Positions 1 through 12,914 of a DNA stretch of 64,000 bases are shown here, one piece after another. The translations under genes and the position numbers were made by a program. The notes under the pieces are model-generated. The model worked only from the letters and a program-made list of their open reading frames with translations. It searched no databases and was not told the origin of the DNA. Source of the stretch: Octopus bimaculoides (lineage: Eukaryota); the NCBI RefSeq assembly GCF_001194135.2, contig NC_068981.1:189771806-189835805 (forward strand), read 5' to 3'. The number at the start of each line of letters is the position of its first letter. Within the stretch, counting starts at the first letter, position 1.

Positions 1-33
<33 letters not shown>

Positions 34-160
34 GTATATACATATACAAATATATATGTTTGTATATGTGGGCGTGTGTGAGAGTGTGGCTGTATCTGTG
101 TGTGCGTATATGTGTGTGTGTGTTTGCATGTATGCATTTAAATGTGTGTGTATCTTTTTC
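1..160. repeat. (TA)n grading into (TG)n microsatellite
   Basis: Directly visible dinucleotide runs. Confidence 0.95.
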
Positions 161-282
161 TGATGCATGTCTGTGTAGGACGTAAAGAGTAACGTAAACT
201 CCAAGATAAAAGAACAAGTGTTTTTCCAACGAAGTGCATACAAAGTTTGCTCTCCTCCAAGTTGTCAATACTATTTTGTATC

Positions 283-702
283 TTATTTCTTTATTGCCCA
301 CAAGGGGCTAAACATAGAGGCGACAAACAAGGACAGACAAAGGAATTAAGTCGTTTACATCGACCTCCAGTGCGTAACTAGTACTTAATTTATCGACGCC
401 GAAAGGATGAAAGTTGAAGTCGACATTGCGATCTTGGCGGAATTTGAACTCAGAACGTAACGGGAGACGAAATACCTATTTCTTTATTGCCCAAAAAGTG
501 GCTAAACATAGAGGGGACAAACATGGACAGACAAAAGGATTGAGTCGATCACATCGACCGCCAGTGCGTAACTGGTACTTAATTTATCGACCCCGAAATG
601 CAAAGTCGACCTCGGCAGACTTTGAACTCAGAACGTAACGGTAAACGAAACACCGCTAAGCATTTCGCCTGGCGTGCTAACGTTTCTGCCAGCTCGCAGC
701 CT
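283..702 (-). mobile_element. Two tandem tRNA-derived SINE B copies (first 5'-truncated), CpG intact
   Basis: 'atttctttattgccc...gctaaacatagagg..gacaaac..ggacagacaaa' occurs at ~285 and ~478; core 'gtcgacctcggc..aatttgaactcagaacgtaac' (B-box-like gttcaaat on -). Same family at 31430-31665. Confidence 0.85.
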
Positions 703-1125
703 GCTTTGGACGTAACACCTTCCAGTTACATATGCCTTCAGCCAACGGCACTAATTTTCAAACGATTCTTTAACGAGTAAAAACTTATTTGTACAAAAAC
801 TTTCAAGTCTTCATTCAAGTGTTATTTCTTGTATTGCTAAGTTAAGCTCGACGTTTGAATCAATTTTAATAACGGCAAAATGAATAAATTCTGTATTGAT
901 TTCGATGCAATTTTTTTTATGCAACATTAAATTAGTTTTGGAATAATGCCAGACTAATGACTTACAAATTTTCTGATTCCTGGTAACATAATAAAGTTAA
1001 TTTAAAGAAAATGAAGAAAAGGCCGGTCAGAATGTTGGCAAATTAGTTGTACAAAAGTTTGTAACTTGTGACATTAGTTATAAATTAGAATGACAGAAAA
1101 TATTATTTTATGTAATACAGACAGA

Positions 1126-1141
1126 AACACACACACACACA

Positions 1142-1180
<39 letters not shown>

Positions 1181-1455
1181 CAAATATATATGCACATACA
1201 TACACAAACGTACGCTTACCCACACACATACACGCACAAACACGCACACATACACAAACAAATATATATGCACACACATAAATACGCGCACTTACACACA
1301 CACATAAACACGCACACACACAAACACATACACAAACACAAACACAGACAAATATATATGCACACACATACGCACGCGTACACTTACCCACACACACACA
1401 CGCGCACACATACACACACAAACAAATATATATGCACACACATACACACACACGC
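1126..1455. repeat. Compound (CA)n microsatellite with recurring 'acaaatatatatgcacac' subunit
   Basis: Visible; explains the HTHT/VCVC ORFs. Confidence 0.95.
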
Positions 1456-1539
1456 TTTATGTGTGTAGTTACTTGTATCTGCAGTTACTTGTACAAGAGT
1501 GTGGAGAGTAGTGTTGTCAGTTCCCCCTTCAAAAATATC

Positions 1540-2130
1540 ATTCAGGTTCTTCATGCTTTCAAAGTCATGTATAATAAGTGAGTCCTTATTTGAAAAACAA
1601 GTAAGGGTTAACATCAAGAAGGGCATCTACACTATTGTTGAACAAAATGTTCACAGACTGTTGAGGAGCAACCTATGAAAGGTGAAAATCTGAAGGTATT
1701 ATATCAGAAGTATATGAAATGTACAGTTGAAATTCCCGAATGAGCTCTTAAATAGCATTTTTTTTTCTATTAGCTAAATGGGGTCATGGATTGTCATGTT
1801 GAAGAAGCATGCAATGTCTCCATCTCATTTGCTGAACTTTGACCATGTGGTTGTTTTCAAGCATTTTATAGTTGATTAGCCCTCCTCAATCCCTTCAAAA
1901 GCAGATCATTGTCGTACATAGATGCAACTCTGGCTTAGTTTGAGGTTTGCTTGTTTGTTGAACTTGGCCATTCTTTCTTCTGCTTCATATTTATGTAAAG
2001 ACACTGTTTTTCTTCACCAGTGATAATGTAGTAAAGGAATCTCTGTTTGTGCCTGGTGGCAATAGAGCAGTGCTGGAGTTTGTTTCTTCATTCAGATCGT
2101 GCACCATCCATGCACCACTTGCAAAACAAA
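1540..2130 (-). pseudogene. Heavily decayed mariner transposase fragment
   Basis: Manual minus-strand translation: WMVHDLNE (~WVPHEL), FLYYIITGEEKQCLYINMK (~ITGDEKW), LQHDNP*PH (~HDNARPH), YTSDIIPSDFHL (~YSPDLAPSDFHL), with stops and frameshifts. Confidence 0.8.
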
Positions 2131-2282
2131 ACTCCTCGCCTTAGGAGTAAGTACTATTGAGAAAAATGGCTTTATATCCATATATTGAAAGGTTAAAGAA
2201 TATGTGTCTAGGTATATATATTTATACACTCACACATATATAAACATATAGGTTAAACTATGTGTGTTTAGGTATATATATT

Positions 2283-2326
<44 letters not shown>

Positions 2327-2439
2327 AATATGCATACACACACGCACACAGACATATAAAGACACCCACTCACACATATACTTCAGCAATGTAACTACAC
2401 ACATGCTATTGGTGATATTTTTTCCCTTCTTTGTACTTT

Positions 2440-2570
2440 TCCCTTTTTCCTTTCCAATGAAGAGTTATACTTGAAGCATCAAAATCTCTCTCTTTTTACT
2501 GAGCGTCAAACTAATACATTCCTTGTGCACGTCCTCTTGTTGTTTGTTAATTTTAATGTTCATTCATTTG
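2440..2570 (+). mobile_element. Possible Penelope-like terminal-repeat remnant
   Basis: 'ttccaatgaagagttatacttgaagc...actgagcgtcaaactaatac' resembles a decayed ctgatgaagagc...gctcgaaac minimal hammerhead motif; recognition from memory only. Confidence 0.3.
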
Positions 2571-2576
2571 ATTTGA

Positions 2577-2676
2577 NNNNNNNNNNNNNNNNNNNNNNNN
2601 NNNNNNNNNNNNNNNNNNNNNNNNNNNNNNNNNNNNNNNNNNNNNNNNNNNNNNNNNNNNNNNNNNNNNNNNNNNN
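2577..2676. other. Assembly gap (100 N)
   Basis: N run. Confidence 1.
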
Positions 2677-2804
2677 GTGTGTGTGTATATATATTTATAT
2701 ATATATATATGTGGATATATATATGTGTGTGTGTTTATATATGCATATATATACACATATATATATATGTGTGGATATATATACGTAGATATGTGTGTGT
2801 GTGT

Positions 2805-2851
<47 letters not shown>

Positions 2852-3865
2852 TGTGTTTACATGTACATATTCAGACACACACTAATACCCTTGCTTCATG
2901 ATTGGTGTGTTAAATGTCTATTACTTTTTGTGGACATTGGAAATCTTTAAAAAGAGATTAATTCTTTTTCTGCCCCACTTTTCTCTGCCTATCAAATGTT
3001 GCTAATATGTTGTTGCAGCCTCTTTAATTGTGAGATTCTGCAATGTTGTTTATCCTTGCCACTTGTGACTGGGTCTTCTTTTTCCATCTTATCATCTCTG
3101 TTCTTTTAATGGCCATCAGGGATATTTCAGTACAGCATCTATATATATGGTATTGAGGTTTTATCAAGAAGGGCATATAACAATCAAACGAAGAGAAAAA
3201 AAAACACTCATAGATATATATGAGAGTATGTGTATGTAAGTATATATGCATGAATAAGTGTGCATTTATATACATATTTATTCATATGTATGTATGTTGG
3301 AACTAGGTTGTCACTCCTACATTATAGTTTCAAGTGTGTATGTGAGATGTATGCAAGATTATATAAATGTTGTTTTCATTTTAATAAATACATTATGAAA
3401 CAGGTGTTACATAAAATCAAATGTAAGGTACCATGCTTAGGTTTCAGTTTAAATATAATTTCTTTTTTAGATGTCATTTGCTACATTTTCTATTTGTTTT
3501 GGTAGAATGGAATTTTAGCATTCCTTAATAGAATTTAATGCAACCAATTGTGAGTTACGGCCTTCGGTTCATCTACTTTTGGCCCAGGTTCTATAAACTA
3601 AGACTTATATATTTCTGAACAAAGAAGTGTAAAGTAAACTGTCTTTCTATTTTCTGTAATTTCTAATCTGCAAGTATATTTGTTAATCATCATATGCTAA
3701 TTATTTTCATTATACTGATAAATGGTTTTGAAAAATTTTAATATGAAAGAATGTATAAAATGGATTAAAATATTACACAAATAGTCCACACATGCATTAA
3801 AGTATTTCTAAAGAGAATGTATGTTAATGTACATATATATGCATTATGCTTTCTCATGCTTTCTT

Positions 3866-4001
<136 letters not shown>

Positions 4002-5247
4002 TATAAAGATACAATATGAAAAACTGTGTATATACTATACTGTAGAGTTTACTGAAATGTATAGAATAATATATCAAATTCTATTGATTACTTTCTTGAA
4101 AATTGGTCAAATTACCAAGCTCTTTATTTAGATGAACAGATGCATAAGAGCCTATGTAATAATCAGAGCTTTAACCTAGTTTACTTGATGGAAATTTTTC
4201 TAAGATGCGAGAAAACAGGAGTAGTTACTCTCGTTCTGGCAAAGAAATTGTACATTTTTCTGTAAATACATTTCACAAATCTGTTATTTCATCTTTTTTT
4301 TTTCTCTTTCTTTCTTTCAAATATCACTACAAACATTATTCCACACATTCATGACCGATGAAGAAAAAGATTAAATCCGCAATGTATATTGCTCCTTTTA
4401 ATAACATGTTATTCTTGAAGGATCTCATTGTTTTTGTCATTTATATTATTGCATTTAGCAGAAATCAAGTTGTTATTAAACAATCTCTCACTTTCTCCCC
4501 TCAGCCCCACCCCTTCTCTATTTAAGCTATAAGGGCATTTATTATAACTTACTCTGAAGCTACATGTATAACAACTAACCTTGCATTTTATATATTTTTA
4601 AAATTAGCAAAGCTAGTTTTCGATTGTGTGGTTGTTGAAACTACGTCAAAATATTCTTTTCATATATTCAACATGAATGTTAGTTCATGCTAATTCTAAA
4701 CAATCAAAAATGGTTTGGATCTGAAATTCATTGAATATACTTTTCTTCTTTACAAATTAACTAAACAAAAAAAAAACATCACCTTGTAATCTTTTTATAC
4801 CATTTTTTTAATAGAAAATTCTATATTTTCTACTCTATGGTTTTTTTAATCAAAATCTGTAGAAACACTATTAGTATATTTTCTGACAAGATACCTATAA
4901 CCCAATGTATATAATAAGAACATTAAAATTTTAAATGCTCTAGTGTTCAAAAAAACAAGACCGAAATAGGAAGATAACATTAGGATTCTGTTACAAAACT
5001 AAAATTAATTAAAAATTTCCAAACACATCTTTTCACTAAAGCAGTTCTGTTCTCTTAATGAAAACTATGAACGGATATATGTATGTATACACACACATAC
5101 ATACATACATATATATATATATAGTAGTGATTCTGAGTAAGAATATATAAGCATATGCTTTGTATGGATGATGATGGTTGTATAAAGGAGTGAAAAGGGA
5201 GACACAGAAGACTTGGTATATGGTAGTGAAGATTGGTGTGTGTGATC

Positions 5248-5283
<36 letters not shown>

Positions 5284-5289
5284 ATATAC

Positions 5290-5510
5290 CTACATCATTA
5301 TCCTTAACATTTTAACATCCACTTTTCCACGCTTTCATGGGTTGAATGGAATTTGTTGAGGTAGATGTTCTTTGGCTGGATACCATTCCTGTTGCCAACC
5401 TCCAAGCAAGGTAAAATTTTCCCATGGCCAGACATGTTTTCATGAAAGATTGAAACAAACAATGCATTTATGACAGTGATGCTCCTTTACAACTATCATA
5501 CAATGACAAG
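5290..5510 (-). mobile_element. Diverged RTE-type 3' UTR/SINE-like repeat (also ~45830-46030)
   Basis: 'tttaacatccacttttcca..gct..catggg...ggat.cc.ttcctgt..ccaacc' parallels the RTE 3' end motif of other copies. Confidence 0.55.
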
Positions 5511-5547
5511 TATCTATAAATGTACACACACACACTGATATATATAC

Positions 5548-5592
<45 letters not shown>

Positions 5593-5939
5593 CACACACA
5601 CACACACAACTGAATAACAATATATTAAATGCCATGCAAGGTAAATTCACCATTTACTGAAATTATTTCCACTTCCAGAGAAAGTAGAACAATAACTTGA
5701 TGGTAACTGGGACAAACTGCAGATGAAAGGCAGAGATAATTGTAAGACTCAAGAATTCTCAAAACTTGACCTGTCATTAACACAAAGACAATCTTATTGT
5801 CAGGATTAACGAAGGCAATTGTAGCATTAGCACAGCAGGTGCACTAGCATGTATCTAGCAAAACTGAAATACTTAAACAAGCTCATTATCATAATATACA
5901 AAACTAAGTAGATCCAGGGGGTTTTTTTTTTTTTTCCAG

Positions 5940-5971
5940 CCAATCAGACTATCTTTTCTTATTTTAAACCG
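5940..5971 (+). CDS. Candidate 32-nt internal exon (xNQTIFSYFKP)
   Basis: Acceptor t13ccag, donor CCG|gtatgt, two open frames; no homology recognised. Confidence 0.3.
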
Positions 5972-6194
5972 GTATGTTGGTTTTAGAGAATATTGGAGTC
6001 TTAAGATTATCACCCCTTTTCATTTGGGATTGGTCCCGAATGCCACCGAGCAATTATTCTATCTTCTTTGAAAGCAGGGATAATTGCAATAAATCCAGAA
6101 ATTACACGACCGTATTCGACTGTGTTGTTCGAATATACATCATGGTCATTCTGACAAATCTCTCTTAGCATATTTTCATTTCATTTATGCATAT

Positions 6195-6420
6195 ACTCTT
6201 TTATTCTTTTACTCGCTTCAGTCATTTGACTGTGGCCGTGCTGGAGCACCGCCTTTAGCCAGACAACTCGACCCCAGGACTTATTATTTGTAAGCCTAGT
6301 ACTTAGTCTATCGGTCTCTTTTGCTGAACAGCTAAGTTATGGGGACATAAACACACCAGCATTGGTTGTCAAGTGATGGTGGGGGGACAAACACACACAT
6401 ACAAATACATACACACACAT

Positions 6421-6475
<55 letters not shown>

Positions 6476-6637
6476 ACAGGCTTCTTTCAGTTTCCGTCTA
6501 CCAAATTCACTCACAAGGCTTTGGTCGGCCTGAGACTATAGTAGAAGACACTCGCCCAAGGTGTCACACAGTGGGACAGAACCCGGAACCGTGTGGTGCG
6601 TAAGCAAGCTACTTTCCACATAGCCAGTCCTGTGCCT
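6195..6637 (-). mobile_element. tRNA-derived SINE A with internal (TA)n
   Basis: Head on - 'ggctatgtggaaagtagcttgcttac..ggttccgggttctgtccc', tail 'gactgaagcgagtaaaagaataaaaga'; about 10 copies in window. Confidence 0.85.
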
Positions 6638-8501
6638 AGGAATATATATATAAAGAATATAGATGCGTGTGGGTGTGTGTACACATGAGTGTGTGTTTAT
6701 ATGTACAATATATACCCACACACACACATGTATGCATATTATACTCATATACATGTATATACATATGCACATGTGCATATATATGTGTGTGTATACATAT
6801 ATATATATATATACACACCCATGCATATACATATATATAAATGTATGTAAATATATACACGTGCATGTTTTTGAATGTAGGCCTTGTAATATGCAAATTA
6901 GTAGCATCAGCAAACTGGAGCTTTTAGCTTTGATGTGTGTATAAACATATCAGTTACTTATTTCTCTGGGATTGGTCAGGTGATGTAGACAACTTTGCTG
7001 AGAACCCTATAAGGATCAAAAATCATTGAAGATTTTTCATCGTTGTTTCAGTATCATGGAGAAATGAGTAAATTTGAGTTGCTTGCATCTCTACTACATT
7101 GGTTCACATACATTTAAAAAAATATATATCTATGGGCACATTAACAGAATGTTGTTATTTGAGCCCTCAGCTCTGTATTGTTTTTCTTTTTTTCTTTTTG
7201 GTCCTTGACAAGGCACTTCATTTTGCATTTCTTCGGTCTTCTCACCTGAAATTAGTTTCAACCAAGAGCTAACATAACTCACTTTCCCTCCAACTGTACA
7301 AGATGTTTTATATATATAGATGGTCCCACCCATGCCAGCATGGAAGACAAACATTAAATGATGATATATATATATATATATATATATATAATACCAGTAT
7401 TTGATCAGTGACTATTATCTTTTCATAATAATAATTTTAAAAAATTATAAATCTAACAATTGTTACAATCATGACTTCCAAGATTGAATGACTTGGTAGC
7501 ATGTACCTTGCTTTTGCTAATTGCTTTAGGTGCCTATGTAATCTCAAATAAATATATAGACAGCCTCCCGGTCTCCACAGCACTGGCCCAGCAGAATGTC
7601 AAGGATGTGATAACTGGAGGAGGAGAAAACTGCAACACTCAATTGTTACCCCTTTTTTTTTTTTTTTTTACCTCAGTGGCCTGAAACAATGTGAAATGTA
7701 GTTCAGTGCTCAATGACACATCGTGTTGCCCAAACCAGTAGTCAAACTCACAAGCTTACAACCTTCAATCAAACATCCTAACTTCTAGGCTTCACCCTTC
7801 ACTCTGAAATATATAAAACAATGTATATATATATACATATATATGTTAAACTATAAAAAAAGAATCAAAATAGCTAACATAGTATTGAAAATGTATAAAA
7901 ACAAAATTATAACAAAATAAAATCTTTAATATATCATTTAAATGCTAAAAGTACTTTTGAATCACCCTGTGTATAAATACACACACACACATACACAAGC
8001 TATTTTAATAAAAATATTTTAAAAAATGAACTCTCTTGGATTAGCTGCTTAAAATTTATATTTGGTATGATTCCAAACTGATAATTCTTTAAAAACAGAA
8101 TCCACTACAACAATAAGTTTATAAAAACCCTGTTTTCTTCAGTACATAAATCTATTGTGTCACTCTTCATTGCTGTTGTTGTTGTAGCTTAAAATCATCA
8201 ACAAATCTTAAAAATATATAGAAAACTGCATAATGCTAAGGTTTTCTATTAATACGATATAGAACTGCTGCTAACTAAATGGAATCATTAGATGTATGAA
8301 TGTGTGCATGTGTATGTATATATATAGTTTGTCCACAGATACAGAATTATAGATCTGTGATTTTTATTTACTGTCTCAATCTCAGAATGTGCATTTTCAG
8401 TTAATGCCATGAGATTAGTGTGCAAAGGTGAGAGTGTGTACACATTTGTGTATGTGGTGTGTGTGTGCACGTTGTTTTGATAGAATTTTTTTTTCTAACA
8501 G

Positions 8502-8565
8502 AGTTTCCAGGAGATAATTTGTTTCATGAGCAAAATTTTAGGGAACAATTTTAACTTTAATAATA
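8502..8565 (+). CDS. Candidate 64-nt exon
   Basis: ttttttttctaacag| ... AATA|gtaagt; phase-0 frame SFQEIICFMSKILGNNFNFNN open. Confidence 0.2.
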
Positions 8566-9857
8566 GTAAGTTAAAAGTAATGTTCCAGAAACTAGGTACA
8601 CAAGTATCAAATAAATGTAGTTCATCAGAGCTGAAAGAGAAACAAAACCGTTGTATCAAAAGGATTTGTTTGAAGAAATGTCTAATGTTATTAATACATA
8701 AGATGAAATAACATATAATTGATCCAGCCATTTCTTAATGTAATTTAAGAGATCAGTTTTCTTCCTGCTCAAATATTTAAAATTGTTCAGAAAATAAATG
8801 CATTCATATGGGCTGTACTGTTGTTGCTTATCCCCAGAACAGCCTTGGTTGTGCAGGACTACATCATTTAATGTGTCCTTTTTTTTAAGATGGTAGGTGT
8901 AAGTTCATAAAGTGTGGCTGCTATTTTTAACAGACCCAACAATCACATAGAAGTTCTCTTTGGTTCATGTTTCAAAGTGAAATCTAAGCTTATAATTGTT
9001 GTCGGGACTCGGGAATTATTTTTAAAACAAGTGTTAATCTCTACAGCCGAAAATATTAAACTTCAAGCCACCCACACTACATGATGATCAATTTAATGCT
9101 TTTGTTACTTTCATGAAGTGATGGTATTAAACTTAGAATATACATTTAAAAAGAATCTAGTAAAAATTACTTCAATTACATAATAAAATAGACATAATTT
9201 TGAATAAAAAGGAAACTATGAAAATCTTAAGAATATTTTTTTGTAAGTTATTATTAAGATGCTCAGGATTTTAGGCTTGAATGTAAGAATGTTTGCATGT
9301 GATTGCAAAAATGCAAGTCTGCCAGAGCTATATGTGTAAAGAAATTTGATTTTATTAAATCATAAAACATTCCCTGCTGATCTTTTCTATTCATTGGCTC
9401 ATCTGTATGACAAATGACTTGGCATGCTTTTTATCCCCCACCAAGATATTAGAAATTTTGGAAATTATTGTTTTGTGTTCCTTTAACATGACCTATTATA
9501 CTTAACTTTATCCCTCATTAAATTAAAAAAAAAAAAAAGAAGAAAAAAAAACTATTAAACCTCTCAAAAAGCTTGCTAAAAGGTTTTTGAAGAGGGCAAC
9601 ATTTTGTAGCTCTTAATGCTTCTGGAGATTTCTATCGGTGTTTGGTTTACTTAACTTCAATTCGCATTCTACAAACAGATATTCATCTTTATTAATTTAG
9701 TTTCAAGCAATGAAGTCAGAAAAAAAAAAATTCTTTTCCTGATTTAAGTCAATAAAATCATCTTTGTAAGCTTACTATGATTTAATATTTACTACTATTT
9801 ATTCCTATTAACAACAACAACAACACAATTGTTTCAAATAAATTTTCTCTTTAACTT

Positions 9858-9905
<48 letters not shown>

Positions 9906-11090
9906 AAAAAAATGATTTATACAATATATTTTTTTCTAATTATTCCTACAATTTGAAGCTATCAAAGAAACAAGTATCTTTCTGTTGGGGCAGATGAGAA
10001 AGTTGGGTTCTTTTTAAAATTTGTTTACTTTCAATTCATTATGATACGAAATTTTGATTGCTTAATGAGGAATTCCTCTCTCATGGTAACCTCATGAGCT
10101 TTATTTAATATTTTCAGTTAACTCATCAAAACTACCAGACATACCACTTAAAAAAGAGAAAATAGGTATTTTTGAGTTCAAATGAATTAATGATACATAA
10201 CAGAGTTAGTCATTCATAATTTCAATTTTGTTAAATGTATTTTTTATCAAAGTTATCTCAGTATCAACATTAACAAATGAAATGAGTTTTAATGTTTTTA
10301 AATAGCTTTAACTTATATAAAAGTTTTAGCTTCGTCACATTTTTAAAATTATCTCTTTGAACAAATATAATAATGTACATTATTTTCATTTTATAAAATG
10401 TCACTGGTATATGAGAAATTGTCGTTTAATATAACACAAAATTCTTATACACCACTGAGATTCTAAAATAAAAGACAAATACAGAAAAATCATCCTTAGC
10501 ATCCCTTTATGATTTCAGTTATTTTGTTATGGTTAATATTTTATTTCCCCCAAAATTTCTTTTCTCTGAATCCAATTTAAATCTCATTCTTGGGATTTCT
10601 CTGTGATAGATTGTCAAATAAAAACAGACTGAAACCGTATGCAACATCTTGTGATAGGTTATATATTATTCTGATAATGTTATGTACAGATTATGTAATG
10701 TTGTTGCTGCAGATTGAACTATAATCAATAGACTTACTGACCAGGTTTCTATTTAACACCCTGGTTCCTTGTAACTCAAACACTCAAAATATATATAAAA
10801 TGTTATGTTTGATGTCAGATTTTTTTTTCCTTGTTAATAAAATATTTTCAAAATCTTTCATTTGAATTCTGTTTAAATGACTTTGAATATGTATTAACAT
10901 ATATATTAAAAATTCCATAAAGAATAGAAAAGTGCTGGTGAATAGGTGAGGGCTTTAAGTGCAAATAAATCACGTTGAAACACTTTCCCAGTTTGAATAT
11001 ACAATATGATGAGCTTAATAACAAAATTGGGTTTTCAATATTTGTCTGATTTTGGTTTCTTGTTTTCTTACTGTGTGTCATATTTTGAAG

Positions 11091-11164
11091 ACAAATCAAG
11101 AATACCGGGGTGTGTCCTACCAATATGCAAGTTTATCTGCAATGGCAGAATTATTTGTAAAAAG
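11091..11164 (+). CDS. Candidate 74-nt exon (TNQEYRGVSYQYASLSAMAELFVK)
   Basis: T-rich tract ending ttttgaag|, donor AAG|gtaaag, locally higher GC, protein-like composition. Confidence 0.35.
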
Positions 11165-11321
11165 GTAAAGTTTACCTTATTGCTGGAACTTAGGTTAGTT
11201 ACAGATATTTGAATTAATTTCCAAAACTGCTTTCTCTCTTCAGTTGATTAATAAAGTTTTACTGACTGAAAATGTTTACAAATTCAATGTGCATTTGGTA
11301 CTGAGGAGGACAGAATTGTAA

Positions 11322-11384
<63 letters not shown>

Positions 11385-12139
11385 GGAGAGAATAGAAATA
11401 AAAGTGAAAGAGAGGAAGCATTATTTAGATATTGTCATTGTTCTTTGAGTTACTAAGAAGAGTCTAAAACTGTTTGATTATATCAGAATCCTTGTTTTCT
11501 CTTTTTCCTAAGCATGTTACTGAAACCTGCCAGAGAATCAGTTATTAGGGATGCAAGAACACTGGATTATTAGACAGAAATACGATGGATGGATTTAGAA
11601 ATTCAAGTTTTATTGAAGATTGTGTCAGTATTGTCGTCATAAACCAATGTTCTGTTATGAAATAACCAGCTTAAACCTCAATGATAGACACCAGCTTATA
11701 AGAGTTTATACACTCACATTTACTTGCAGACATACAGAAATATATTTGTTCAGTTTGTGTGTGTGTTGTAAAGAAAGTAATGTATTGTGTATCCACACGA
11801 CTTCTCTACAGATTTGTTCCATACTGTATAATGTAAGATGAATGATCAATATCTAACTTATGTAACTCAATTGATCAATCCTATTTCTCTTCAAAATTTG
11901 TTCTGACAAATGCAAAACAGAATTTCTAGTTGTTTATAAATATTAAAATGGAGCAACATACTATAGCAAGAAGGTTAGGAGTTTCTTTCTAACTTTAACA
12001 GTTTACAGTGACGAGCTCGATCTAATAGAAATAACAATCACATAACACTCCACACCATCTTAATGTAATGTAAGGTAGCTGTATAAATTCTAACCTAGAT
12101 TTCTTTTTACAGTAGCATCTATTGGCTTATTTATTTTAT

Positions 12140-12352
12140 CATATAGTTGCCAGTACCGCCTGACTGGCCCTCATGCCAGTGGCATGTAAAAGCACCCACT
12201 ACACTCTCGGGGTGGTTGGAGTTAGGAAGGGCATCCAGCTGTAGAAACTCTGCCAGATCAGATTGGAGCCTGGTGCAGCCATCTGGTTCGCCAGTCCTCA
12301 GTCAAATCGTCCAACCCATGCTAGCATGGAAAGCGGACGTTAAACGATGATT
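12140..12352 (+). mobile_element. Young 5'-truncated RTE LINE 3' end
   Basis: 'ggaagggcatccagctgtagaaactctgcc...ggaaagcggacgttaaacgatgat'; near-identical to the reverse complement of 49050-49260. Confidence 0.8.
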
Positions 12353-12914
12353 TATTTATTTATGATACTCATACACTAATTACTTTTGGCAGCAAATTGT
12401 TTCACCTGCTAGGAATATATTCAGAAGAAAGACAAAAATAAGAAAGATAGTTTCAAACATTCTGTATCTCTCACAATACCTAAGACTTCAAGAGGTACAA
12501 TTGTAGTTAGGTTGCAGTAATATCAGTACACAATATAGTTTACAATACATAGAAGAAGTCAGCCAACATCTCTAAATAAAAGCCATTTACCCCATGCTGC
12601 AACATCCACAAAACAATTCATGAACAAACTAAAGCATGCCTCAAAGCATTGGTGACAGAGAAATAGATTAAGTAATTGAGGAAGTGAGGACGTGTAACAA
12701 TGTAATTAAGCTTAGACTAATCACAGCAAGTTAACTCTACATATACAAAACAATGAAGACTGACAGAGAAGTTAAATGGCTGCTTATATGAAGATTTCTT
12801 GCAAACTGCCTCAACAGTGAATGGTGGTAACCTTATAAACACAGCTGGTTATTTAAAAGATATTGTAGCAAACACCATGTTAGATTTTCAGCACACATAG
12901 AGGTTTATTGATAT

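Noticed and set aside
1074-1468. HT/VC/YI-rich ORFs (also ~2553-2901, 3817-4131, 5055-5283, 6536-6944, 26449-26760, 33987-34338)
   Set aside because: These are translations of microsatellites, not proteins.
7484-7684. ORF with a signal-peptide-like N-terminus (MNDLVACTLLLLIALGAY)
   Set aside because: It starts at TTG/ATG in AT-rich DNA, runs into poly-T and a SINE remnant, and has no supporting features.
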